Positions 21,642 to 30,585 of a DNA stretch of 64,000 nucleotides are shown piece after piece. The stretch covers positions 140,613 through 204,612 of the forward strand of contig JAQUQE010000002.1 of NCBI GenBank assembly GCA_028716225.1. The letters are read 5' to 3'. This DNA comes from Dehalococcoidales bacterium (GTDB taxonomy: Bacteria > Chloroflexota > Dehalococcoidia > Dehalococcoidales > UBA5760). The notes beneath the pieces are model-generated. The model saw only the letters and a list, made by a program, of their open reading frames with translations, did no database searches and was not told where the DNA came from. Numbering within the stretch: the first letter of the stretch is position 1; every line of letters starts with the position of its first letter. The position numbers and the translations under genes are program-made.

Positions 21642-23051
21642 TTACATCAGGGATACCTGCCGGGCAGCATCCTTGGTCTCCAGCGCCAGCTTATCCATAC
21701 CAAGCTGGACGGGTATCGGATAGTCACCGGTAAAGCAGGCCGCACAGAAAATGTCTTTAGGCAAGTCTACTGCTCGATACAATCCCTCAAGACTGAGGTA
21801 CCCCAGCGAATCAGCCCCGATGAAGTCCCTGATTTCAGACACTGTTTTGTGAGCGGCAATCAATTCTCGCTGGGTTGCCATATCGACACCAAAGAAACAG
21901 GGATAGCGGAGGGGCGGCGCACAAATGCGCATATGTACCTCTCGAGCACCCGCTCTCCTCAACAGCCCGATCACCTTGGGAGTGGTAGTACCACGGACAA
22001 TACTATCATCCACTAGTACCACCCGCTTACCGGACAGAACCTGAGGCAGAGGATTAAACTTTAGCTTAACACCGAGATCTCTGATACGCTGATGAGGCTC
22101 AATGAAGGTACGCCCGACATAACGATTCTTAATCAGTCCTTCACCCAGCGGTATCCCGGACCGGATAGCATAACCGACTCCAGCCGCAGTAGCTGAATCG
22201 GGAACACCCATCACCAGATCGGCATCCACCGGATGCTCCTCAGCCAGACCAGCCCCCATCGCTTGGCGCGCCTGATAAAGCAACCGGCCATTAATCACGC
22301 TATCGGGACGGGCAAAGTAGATATACTCGAAGATACAGAACCCTCGCCTACCCACCGCTATGGAATGACTACTGACACCACCGGCGTTAATAGAGACTAT
22401 CTCGCCTGGCTCAATTTCCTTCTCGACACTGGCCCCGATGTGATCGAGAGCACAGCTCTCCGATGCGATCACCCATCCACCATTAAGCCTCCCCAGGCAC
22501 AACGGGCGCACACCAAGGGGATCACGAACACCGAACAGGGTATCTCTGGTCATAATAGTAAGGGAGTATGCCCCCTTAAGGCGGTTCATAGCATACTTTA
22601 TCCGCCCCATCCAATCTTTCTCGGTAGAGGAAAGAATAAGATTAGCAATGACCTCGGTATCAGTGGAAGAGCGGAAGCAATAGCCCCGATCACAGAGCTC
22701 CTTATGCAGATACTCGGCGTTGATAATATTGCCGTTATGGGCAACGGCAATAGTATCGGAGCCCTCACCGACAACGATCGGCTGGACATTTGTTATCCGG
22801 CTGGAGCCACGGGTAGAGTAGCGGTTGTGACCGATAGCGATACTCCCGGTGAGGCTACTGAGAGACTCCTCACTGAATACCTGGGATACCAATCCCATAT
22901 CAGCAAAAACTTGAAGCCTATTACCATCGGTAGTGGCAATGCCGGCGCTCTCCTGGCCGCGGTGCTGAAGGGCGAATAGGGCAAAGAAGGTAAGCCGGGA
23001 TACATCCTCATTCGGGGCATATATACCAAAAACGCCGCAAGATTCGTGCAA
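21642..23051 (-). CDS. purF: Amidophosphoribosyltransferase
   Basis: MHES-CGVFGIY (short propeptide plus nucleophile Cys), a PRTase motif VVLVDDSIVRGTT, and C-terminal Cys residues. Confidence 0.95.
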   Translation of the reverse strand: MHESCGVFGIYAPNEDVSRLTFFALFALQHRGQESAGIATTDGNRLQVFADMGLVSQVFSEESLSSLTGSIAIGHNRYSTRGSSRITNVQPIVVGEGSDTIAVAHNGNIINAEYLHKELCDRGYCFRSSTDTEVIANLILSSTEKDWMGRIKYAMNRLKGAYSLTIMTRDTLFGVRDPLGVRPLCLGRLNGGWVIASESCALDHIGASVEKEIEPGEIVSINAGGVSSHSIAVGRRGFCIFEYIYFARPDSVINGRLLYQARQAMGAGLAEEHPVDADLVMGVPDSATAAGVGYAIRSGIPLGEGLIKNRYVGRTFIEPHQRIRDLGVKLKFNPLPQVLSGKRVVLVDDSIVRGTTTPKVIGLLRRAGAREVHMRICAPPLRYPCFFGVDMATQRELIAAHKTVSEIRDFIGADSLGYLSLEGLYRAVDLPKDIFCAACFTGDYPIPVQLGMDKLALETKDAARQVSLM

Positions 23052-23148
23052 CTCTGCCTTCCTCTCGATTCAACCCGAATAGCCACCCTCTACTTGAGAT
23101 TATAACCAAAATTCCATCCAGAGGTCAATTAACCGGGTTAACTGAATC

Positions 23149-23178
23149 TTGACAAAAGAGTACACTTTTGGTGATAAT
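23149..23178 (+). promoter_or_regulatory. Predicted promoter (TTGACA, 18-nt spacer, GATAAT) for the 23237/plsX unit
   Basis: TTGACA at 23149-23154 and GATAAT at 23173-23178. AAGGAGG RBS precedes the GTG at 23237. Confidence 0.4.
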
Positions 23179-23236
23179 CTCGATAGACCTGCCCCGTATC
23201 ATTAGACCGATAGTGATTTAAAGAAGGAGGTAGGTT

Positions 23237-23593
23237 GTGAGCGAATCGAACGTCTATAGTTTTAAGGTTGATAAAAGGCAGCTTGAGCGCGCCAAGAAAT
23301 TTTTCGCTCGACAGGGCATACCGCTTCATGACAACCTACGGGACCTGATTGACGTAGCGGCCGACTGTGAGCAATGTCTGGAACTACATGAGGATGATGC
23401 CCCTATCGGCGAACTGCAGAGTGCCTTTACCACCCTCCTCGCCACCAGCAAGAATACCTGGCACCTGAACAGTGTCCTACAAGAATCGGTACTAAAACTG
23501 GCCAAGATAACTAAGATGCCGGTAGATGTTATTGTCAATATACTGGGTGAAGCACGCCGAATCAAAACGGACACTGTCAAACTCTCCCAGTAA
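23237..23593 (+). CDS. Hypothetical protein with an N-terminal ribbon-helix-helix (RelB/DinJ antitoxin-like) pattern
   Basis: 118-aa ORF with GTG start and a strong RBS. FKVDKRQLERAKKFFARQGIPLHDNLRDLI follows the beta-strand/helix/helix pattern of DinJ/RelB-type RHH domains. No toxin partner is adjacent. Confidence 0.5.
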   Translation: MSESNVYSFKVDKRQLERAKKFFARQGIPLHDNLRDLIDVAADCEQCLELHEDDAPIGELQSAFTTLLATSKNTWHLNSVLQESVLKLAKITKMPVDVIVNILGEARRIKTDTVKLSQ

Positions 23594-23631
23594 CACAGAG
23601 GTCAGGAAGAGGAAGAAGGAGGTATCCTAAA

Positions 23632-24579
23632 TTGAAAGATAGCCGCAGGGCAAGGATAGTGGTGGATGCAATGGGTGGCGACTACGCCCCCGGCGAAATA
23701 GTCAAGGGAGCTGTCCTAGCCGCCGGAGAAAATGGCCTTGATATCACCCTGGTCGGCTCATCGGACATCATTCAAGCCGAGCTTTCCAAATACGATGCCT
23801 CCCATCTACCTATCCGCTGCGTCCCGGCCGAAGACATTATTAAAGAAGGTAAGGATCAGGCTCTGGCGGTACGAAGCAAACCCGACGCCTCGATATCGGT
23901 AGCGGCAAAGCTACTCAAGGATGGAGAGGCAGATGCCCTGGTCAGCGCCGGCCCTACCGGAGCGGTGGTTGCCAGCGCCATCCGTCACGTGGGCATGATA
24001 GACGGCATAGAGCGGCCGGTAATCGGAGGAGCTATCTTCGATGCTCTTCCCGGAACGGTAGTCTTCGACTGCGGCGTGAATATGGATTGCAAGCCGTACC
24101 AACTGCTTACCTTTGCCCTCATCGGCGCTGTCTACTGCAGGAAGCTGCTCAATATCGATAACCCTACTATAGGACTACTCAACATCGGAGCTGAAGCGGA
24201 GAAAGGCAACCAGCTGACCAAGGAAACCTACCGCATCCTCAAGGAAAGCGGCCTGAACTTCATCGGAAATGTGGAAGGCAACCAGATAATGAACGGCAGC
24301 GCCAATGTCCTCGTTTGCGACGCCTTCGTTGGTAATGTGCTGTTCAAGTTTGTGGAATCGATAGGCATGTTTCACGACTCAGCAGGAGAAAAAAACGGTG
24401 CCGACCTGGGCGGTGGCATCATCTGGGGAGTTAACGGCCTCATCCGTAAGCTGCACGGGGCCAGCCGGGCCCCTCACGTGGCGCTGAAGATACGCCACGC
24501 TAAACTGGCGGTCGAAGCCGACCTGGTAGGCGCCCTCAAGTCAGAACTGACCAGCGTAATGAGAGAAATCAAGCGATAG
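23632..24579 (+). CDS. plsX: Phosphate acyltransferase
   Basis: RIVVDAMGGDYAP.. N-terminus and ..LLNIGAEAEKGN.. motifs. TTG start with a GAAGGAGG RBS. Confidence 0.92.
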   Translation: MKDSRRARIVVDAMGGDYAPGEIVKGAVLAAGENGLDITLVGSSDIIQAELSKYDASHLPIRCVPAEDIIKEGKDQALAVRSKPDASISVAAKLLKDGEADALVSAGPTGAVVASAIRHVGMIDGIERPVIGGAIFDALPGTVVFDCGVNMDCKPYQLLTFALIGAVYCRKLLNIDNPTIGLLNIGAEAEKGNQLTKETYRILKESGLNFIGNVEGNQIMNGSANVLVCDAFVGNVLFKFVESIGMFHDSAGEKNGADLGGGIIWGVNGLIRKLHGASRAPHVALKIRHAKLAVEADLVGALKSELTSVMREIKR

Positions 24580-24773
24580 GTATAGCTTCAACAAAAATTA
24601 GACGGCTATCGTTCCCGATGCAGTAGCAAACATCCCGAAAGACTCGCTCAAGAATGCGGCACTCAATATAAGCACCATCTTTGTATATATATCCGGCACA
24701 GACTTAAATGAAGCCGTTTGACCAGGCTTAAGGAGATCTTTCCGGCAGGTAGAATAGTGAGCGAATTTTTGCT

Positions 24774-25412
24774 ATGAAATATGAAGCAGTCTATGACATA
24801 AGCGTCTTACTTGGTGTCGAAGATATCGACTATCCGGGCACTCCACCATACTCCAGGGAACTGATAAACAGCCTGAAGAACGGCGACACGAGCAACCTAT
24901 CACGGCTGGTCATGAGTACCCACTCCGGTACACACTTGGATTCTCCATCCCATTTTATCCCGAACGGAAAGAATATCGACGATTACCCTGCTACGGCATT
25001 TATTCTACCCGCGCAGGTGGTAACTATCGAAGACAAAGAGGTAATCCGGCCCTCTGAACTGGAGAAGCTGGACACCAGAGCGGGTGATGCCCTCCTCTTT
25101 AAGACAGACAATTCGATAAGCGGCCATGCGATAAGCGGAGAATTCCGGGGGAGCTTCGTTCATCTTTCACCGGAGGCTGCCGATTTATGCGTTAAGAGAA
25201 AACTGGGCCTGGTCGGCATCGACTTCAATACCATTGAGCCATGCCACGCCGATACATTTCCCGTTCACAAAAAGCTTCTCGATAGCGGAATATTGATTCT
25301 GGAGAGCATCAACCTGAAGGACGTTCCTCCGGGAAGATACACCCTCTTCTGCCTGCCTCTGAAGATGAAAGGCGCCGAGGCATCGCCGGTACGCGCTATC
25401 CTGATACGCTAA
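24774..25412 (+). CDS. Cyclase family protein (kynurenine formamidase-like)
   Basis: HSGTHLDSPSHF is the HxGTHxDxPxH metal-binding motif of the cyclase/arylformamidase family. Confidence 0.8.
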   Translation: MKYEAVYDISVLLGVEDIDYPGTPPYSRELINSLKNGDTSNLSRLVMSTHSGTHLDSPSHFIPNGKNIDDYPATAFILPAQVVTIEDKEVIRPSELEKLDTRAGDALLFKTDNSISGHAISGEFRGSFVHLSPEAADLCVKRKLGLVGIDFNTIEPCHADTFPVHKKLLDSGILILESINLKDVPPGRYTLFCLPLKMKGAEASPVRAILIR

Positions 25413-25437
25413 TGTAGCACCAGCACAGTAAAAAACT

Positions 25438-26250
25438 TTACCAACCGCTATCCGGCGGGGTAGAACCGCCACCGCAGTGAGCCTTCAACCAGTTTATAAT
25501 AACCATCAAAGCCCGTTCATCCCGGCGTAGCCGGTGTCCCGCCCCGTCAATAATGACTAACTTCTTGTACTCACCCGCCCGGTCGTACAACCGGTAGGCA
25601 TGGCTGACATCGACCACCTCATCCCGACTGCCGTGCAGCAGCAGCAACGGCCGTGGGGCAATACCGGAGATATACTCAATGGGGCTAACCAGACTGAAGT
25701 TATCCAGCCACTCCTGATCAGAATGAGGAAAGTCTCTATCCCTGATGATGCCGATGCCGCGATAGTAATCAATGATAGACTCCCCTTCGGCAAATCCGTC
25801 CTTAAGTGAGTCAAACTCCGCCGGGCAGGCACAGGCAGCCAGGGAAGAGATCCTGGCATCCTGCGCCGCGACATATACCGAAACAGCCGCCCCACCGCTG
25901 AAACCAACCAGCGCCAGATGGGAGCGGTCGACATCGGGAAGCACCCAGAGGTAATCGACAGCCGCTGCCAGGTCCCTGGTCCAGTCCATAATATCGAAAT
26001 TACCGCCGCTGTCGCCCACCCCCCGAAAACGAAAAGTCAACACGGCAAACCCCTCCCGGCAAATCCTCTCCGCCAGAGCAGGGTAGCCCCCATCATCCGG
26101 GTCTGGATTCACACCAGGGGCACCGTACGGGATACCATGACAGATACAGACAGTAGGATATGAAGACGCACCGGCATCACCACCCGGCAGGTAAAGCTGG
26201 CCGGAAATCTTGACCTCATCCGCAGCAAAGGCAACAACTCGGACAACCAT
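25438..26250 (-). CDS. Alpha/beta hydrolase (dienelactone hydrolase / S9-like)
   Basis: Nucleophile elbow GFSGG, a late Asp (RDEVVD) and His (GAGHRL). Confidence 0.75.
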   Translation of the reverse strand: MVVRVVAFAADEVKISGQLYLPGGDAGASSYPTVCICHGIPYGAPGVNPDPDDGGYPALAERICREGFAVLTFRFRGVGDSGGNFDIMDWTRDLAAAVDYLWVLPDVDRSHLALVGFSGGAAVSVYVAAQDARISSLAACACPAEFDSLKDGFAEGESIIDYYRGIGIIRDRDFPHSDQEWLDNFSLVSPIEYISGIAPRPLLLLHGSRDEVVDVSHAYRLYDRAGEYKKLVIIDGAGHRLRRDERALMVIINWLKAHCGGGSTPPDSGW

Positions 26251-26251
26251 T

Positions 26252-26980
26252 CTATGCTCTCCTCAACATAACAACGAACTCTCTATTTCCGGAAGCACCC
26301 GCTATGGGTGACGCTACCAGTCCTCCCAGCCGGAAGCCGTGTTCAATCAGCCAGGCAATGAAGCGCCCTAAGACTCTGGCCTGTATCTCAGGTTGCTTAA
26401 CCACGCCGCCCCTACCCACCTCTTCCTTTCTCGCCTCGAACTGGGGTTTCAACAGCACCAGCAGATAACCGTCATCCCTAAGCAAGCGGGCCACCGATGG
26501 TATTACCTTCTCCACCGAGATAAAAGACAAATCGAAGGTGGCCAGATCCGCCTTTTCCGGAAGAGAAAAAGGGTAGCGGGCGTTTATCCTCTCCATAACC
26601 ACCACCCGGGGGTCCTGCCTCAGCCGGTAGTCAAGCTGACCATAGCCGACATCAACGGCATAGACCCGGCTTGCCCCCCGCTTGAGCAGGCAGTCGGTAA
26701 AGCCACCGGTTGAAGCACCGATATCAACCGCCACCTTATCCGAAACATCGAGCCCGAACTGGCTCAGGGCATGGTCAAGCTTGATACCACCGCGTCCGAC
26801 GAAAGGAGGCGGCTCGGCGACAGTAACCTCGACATCCTCGGCCACCAGAGTCCCCGCCTTAGCAATCACCTTGCCACCCACCGCTACCTTCCCTGCCATA
26901 ACAAGTGCCTGAGCCCTGGCCCGGGTCTCAACCAGCCCCCTCTCGATAAGCAGACTATCAATCCTTTTCTTGCACCCCAT
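26252..26980 (-). CDS. tlyA: TlyA family rRNA (cytidine-2'-O)-methyltransferase
   Basis: N-terminal S4-like domain (RIDSLLIERGLVETRARAQALVMAG) plus an FtsJ-type MTase (DIGASTGGFTDCLL). Confidence 0.88.
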   Translation of the reverse strand: MGCKKRIDSLLIERGLVETRARAQALVMAGKVAVGGKVIAKAGTLVAEDVEVTVAEPPPFVGRGGIKLDHALSQFGLDVSDKVAVDIGASTGGFTDCLLKRGASRVYAVDVGYGQLDYRLRQDPRVVVMERINARYPFSLPEKADLATFDLSFISVEKVIPSVARLLRDDGYLLVLLKPQFEARKEEVGRGGVVKQPEIQARVLGRFIAWLIEHGFRLGGLVASPIAGASGNREFVVMLRRA

Positions 26981-27217
26981 GCTATTCCACCCCGCAATAC
27001 AGATAGCTAATCGCCAGAAGGAGAAAAGGTAAAACTGGGGACGTAGACCTCAGCATTACTCTGGAACCTTACCTTGACATTACTGGCATCCGGTAATTGA
27101 ATTAGGCACGGACTGAACACGAGGATAGCCTTAGATATATCCCATGACCCTTCCGGGCCTGATGATACCTTCGCTGAAGGGGGAATTAGAGGACTTATGA
27201 ACTGGAAGCTCCCCGGT

Positions 27218-27784
27218 TTATGCCTCCAGATAGGAGCGCCACTCCAGCATCTCATGCATAACCGCTTCGTAATCCTTATGCACGGCTTCGTAGAGTTTGG
27301 CATTCTCCAGGGCAATAGCACCAAGATTAGCCGCCGCAGTGACGAAGTAAATATCGTCTTTGCTGAACTGGCGCTGCTCCGCGGTATACACCCTGACCTC
27401 TCCGATAATCTCATCCCTTAGCATCATCGGTACGGACAGGATTGAGGCGATTCCTTCTTTCTTGACCTGCTCCGGATACTGTATCCGCTTGTCGCTGGTA
27501 GCATCAAGAATAGCAACCGCCTTCCCTTCCAGTGTTTCGGGAATACTCTTAACAGCCGATAGCGGCCCCATCTTAACGAACCAGTCACTCAGACCCCAGG
27601 CTACGGCATGAAACAAGAGCTTTCTTTCCGGAGCCAGGAGCGTCAGCGAGCAGGCCTTGGCTCCCATAGACTTAGCCACATTCTCAACTATGGACTTAAG
27701 AACGAGCTCGGAATCACGGGCCGAGTTTATCTCTGCCGCCACCTTATATAAGCTATGATAGTATTTGGTCTCGACTTTTTCCAT
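27218..27784 (-). CDS. GAF domain protein
   Basis: Single GAF-like fold (..AKACSLTLL.., ..SILSVPMMLRDEIIGEVRVYT..). Start moved to the second ATG (27784), which has better spacing from the G-rich RBS. Confidence 0.75.
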   Translation of the reverse strand: MEKVETKYYHSLYKVAAEINSARDSELVLKSIVENVAKSMGAKACSLTLLAPERKLLFHAVAWGLSDWFVKMGPLSAVKSIPETLEGKAVAILDATSDKRIQYPEQVKKEGIASILSVPMMLRDEIIGEVRVYTAEQRQFSKDDIYFVTAAANLGAIALENAKLYEAVHKDYEAVMHEMLEWRSYLEA

Positions 27785-27951
27785 AATAAATAACATCCCC
27801 CCTATTTCCCGAATAGCAATAAATATTACCCTATCAGACCTGCGGTGTCAATTGCGTAGGACAAATTTCCCAAAATAACTGAGATTACCACTAACCTATC
27901 GGCCTGTTTTTCGTTATAAACTATACAAAGGGATACCCTGAGGAGCCGGTA

Positions 27952-28581
27952 ATGTCGAGAGATGGCGATATGAACCTTACCTGCCGCCAGTGCGGGAGGG
28001 AATTTGTCTTTTCCGAAACCGAGCAGGACTTCTATAACCTGAAAGGATTCCTTCCCCCCAGCCGTTGCCGTGAATGCCGCTCGTTAGCCTCGGTAGCAGA
28101 GAATCACAATCATAACCACAACCACTCCTGTGCGCAGTGCGGGACAAAGCTGGAGAAAGAGGCCCCCGTCTTTTGTACCGCCTGCCTGAAGAACACCCAG
28201 CTTGGCTTAGAGCGGAAGGTCAGACAGGGGGAGAAGGTGGCTAAAGCAGCACAGGCAAAACTAAAAACCACCGAGTTCCGGAAGGCCGAGTTGGAGGATG
28301 CGCTCTACCAGACGGAGCAGATGGTGGCGGATCTGGATCTCAAGGTGAGCAATCTGAGCCAGGACCTTGAGAAGGCTAAAGAGGCCTATGTTGCCTCAGG
28401 ATGGATTAAGCCACTGCTGCAGAGTATCGAAGAAAGGCTGAAAGCACTGGAGAGCACCCAGTGCGAAAGCAACCAGAGGATATTTGAGATAATTCACACG
28501 ATGCAGAAGCGTTATGAAAATACCGGCCTCTTCGATATAATCAAACGCAGCCTGATACCTTACCGGGGACAGGGCACCTGA
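27952..28581 (+). CDS. Zinc-ribbon (zf-trcl-like) protein with an HN repeat and a C-terminal coiled coil
   Basis: CRQCGREFVFSETEQDFYNLKGFLPPSRCRECR matches the CxxC..EQxFY..KG..P.RCxxCR probable zinc-ribbon pattern. A second CxxC..CxxC pair, the run NHNHNHNH, and a heptad-like tail follow. Confidence 0.6.
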   Translation: MSRDGDMNLTCRQCGREFVFSETEQDFYNLKGFLPPSRCRECRSLASVAENHNHNHNHSCAQCGTKLEKEAPVFCTACLKNTQLGLERKVRQGEKVAKAAQAKLKTTEFRKAELEDALYQTEQMVADLDLKVSNLSQDLEKAKEAYVASGWIKPLLQSIEERLKALESTQCESNQRIFEIIHTMQKRYENTGLFDIIKRSLIPYRGQGT

Positions 28582-28614
28582 TTCACTACCTAAAGCGCTA
28601 ACAGGAACAGGCAA

Positions 28615-29154
28615 CTACCTTACTATCCGACTAATTTCCTTGAACACTTCTCCGTGCGCCACCTTGAGCAACTCAAACAACGCCATCTCCGTACTGGTAA
28701 TGCCGGCACCGGCGCTTCTCATCTTATCCAGAGCAATCGTCTTATTCCTGGCCGTTCTTGAAGAGACCGCATCGCCGACAACCTGAACCTCATATCCAAT
28801 CCCGAGCAGATCTACTACCGTCTGATAAACGCAGACGTGTGACTCTATGCCAGCAACCAGGATCTGCCTGCGGTTCAGCGTCTTAATCTCTCGCAAGAAA
28901 CTCTCTTCACCACAGCAGCTGAAGCTAAGCTTGGCTATCGGCTGGACATCGGATAAAAAATGTGCCAGCTCCGGTACGGTCCTGCCCAACCCCTGCGGGT
29001 ACTGCTCGGTTACTATTATCGGGACCCCGAGAGCCTGCGCACCCCTTATGAGCTTCTTAAGGTTTAAGAAGAGCTCTTCCTTATCGCTCATAACAGTAGC
29101 CAGCTTATCCTGAACATCAATAATGACCAAGACAGTATTCTCTAAATCGAGCAT
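28615..29154 (-). CDS. Isochorismatase-family hydrolase
   Basis: VLVIIDVQDK.. opening Asp, ..VAGIESHVCV.. catalytic Cys. Confidence 0.85.
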   Translation of the reverse strand: MLDLENTVLVIIDVQDKLATVMSDKEELFLNLKKLIRGAQALGVPIIVTEQYPQGLGRTVPELAHFLSDVQPIAKLSFSCCGEESFLREIKTLNRRQILVAGIESHVCVYQTVVDLLGIGYEVQVVGDAVSSRTARNKTIALDKMRSAGAGITSTEMALFELLKVAHGEVFKEISRIVR

Positions 29155-29242
29155 CTAAATACTATCTCCTCCGTCTTCATCCATAATATTCATCTACCCC
29201 ATCCGAACAACCATTATGTCAAATTAGATTATCCGGGCAGAA

Positions 29243-29809
29243 TTATGATTGAGCACCACGGATTATCTTCATAGCCAGCCGATCAATACGCTGTTTGACT
29301 TTTTTGTTTTTTGCTATTTCCCCCGGCTTTGTCGCCAGACCGGTAACGCTGCCCATCCACTGCATCTGGCAGAGAGCAGCGTAGGTTCTGATATTGCTAA
29401 TTGCCTTGCCAATACCTTCCTCAGCCACAGCCATACCCGCAACCGGTTTACCCGACAGTTTCGGCCAGATAGGGCATGTCCGGTCCATAAAATTCTTGAG
29501 CAAGCCGGAAAGCATCTCAAAGTAAGCCGGGGTACCGATAACCCAGCCGTCAGCGGCTAACAGTTTAGGGTACAATTCCTGCATATCATCCCGGAGCCTA
29601 CAAACACCCTTTCGGTTTACTCCGCCTTCTTCACAGGATAAACAGCCGCAGCAGGTCTTGATCTTCTTTTTCCGGAGAAGAATTAATTCCGTCTCAACCC
29701 CGCTTTCGGCCGCTCTGGCGAGCAACTCCTTCACCATCCACTCGGTGTTGCCCCTTCGCGGAGATCCGGATATCCCGATTATTTTCACAGCACCATTCCT
29801 CCTACCCAC
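29243..29809 (-). CDS. Flavodoxin-fold NADPH-dependent FMN reductase / iron-sulfur flavoprotein-like protein
   Basis: IIGISGSPRRGNTEWMV FMN-phosphate loop, plus a Cys cluster CCGCLSCEEG..C as in ISF-type flavoproteins. Confidence 0.75.
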   Translation of the reverse strand: MGRRNGAVKIIGISGSPRRGNTEWMVKELLARAAESGVETELILLRKKKIKTCCGCLSCEEGGVNRKGVCRLRDDMQELYPKLLAADGWVIGTPAYFEMLSGLLKNFMDRTCPIWPKLSGKPVAGMAVAEEGIGKAISNIRTYAALCQMQWMGSVTGLATKPGEIAKNKKVKQRIDRLAMKIIRGAQS

Positions 29810-29852
29810 GGGGTAACGACACTAAACAACACACCGGGCAGGGAACATAAGC

Positions 29853-30503
29853 TCAATCGGCCTTGAGCAGGAACTGCCCGTTACCCAGAGGCTCAAGCTT
29901 ACGGAATAGTTCCTCTGACTTCATGACCAGCCCGAAATTCTCACTGACCTCGGCAATAGTCGTCTGGCAAAAGGCATCATTTAAGGAAGCGGTAGCATCG
30001 GATATCAGAATTACGTCCCACCCCCTGTTAAAGGCATCACGTAATGAAGACTCCACACAGATTGAGGTATCAATCCCGGAAAATATTATGGTGTCTATCT
30101 TCATTGACCTTAGCCAGAGTTGAATCTCGGTATCCTGAAATACGGAGTCGCGCCTCTTGCGCACAATATAGTCATCTTCCTGAGGTTTCAGTTCATCGGT
30201 GAACTCGCTGTCCCAGGTACCACGGATACAGAGAGGTACTCTGTCGATTCTTTCACGCCGTTTGTGGGGGAGAATCTGATGCTGTCTCTCCAGCATATCG
30301 ATACCTGAGCTCTCACGAAGCGCCTGGGAGAAAAACACCGGAATGTTTAGTGTCTTTACTTTCCGGTACAAATCCTGAATGACCGGCAACACTTGCCGGT
30401 ATCTCGATATGTCATAGCCAATTTTGTGGAATGATCCCCCCGGAGCTACAAAGCCGTTTTGGACATCGATAATTATGAGAGCAGGGTTAATCTTGTAGAC
30501 CAT
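29853..30503 (-). CDS. Isochorismatase-family cysteine hydrolase
   Basis: ALIIIDVQNGF.., ..FSGIDTSICVESS.. catalytic Cys. Start moved to ATG 30503. Confidence 0.8.
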   Translation of the reverse strand: MVYKINPALIIIDVQNGFVAPGGSFHKIGYDISRYRQVLPVIQDLYRKVKTLNIPVFFSQALRESSGIDMLERQHQILPHKRRERIDRVPLCIRGTWDSEFTDELKPQEDDYIVRKRRDSVFQDTEIQLWLRSMKIDTIIFSGIDTSICVESSLRDAFNRGWDVILISDATASLNDAFCQTTIAEVSENFGLVMKSEELFRKLEPLGNGQFLLKAD

Positions 30504-30585
30504 GTCGCTATTATGCCAAATTACTCCATTCCAAATCAACCGTAAACTTATGCGTTACGCCGTACTCTGCAGATCACATATTACT

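Noticed and set aside
27007-27414. 135-aa minus-strand ORF overlapping the 3' part of the GAF gene
   Set aside because: It overlaps the GAF-domain gene (27218..27784) out of frame for about 200 nt and has a Ser/Pro/Arg-rich junk composition. The remaining ~210-bp non-overlapping part shows no RBS or motif.
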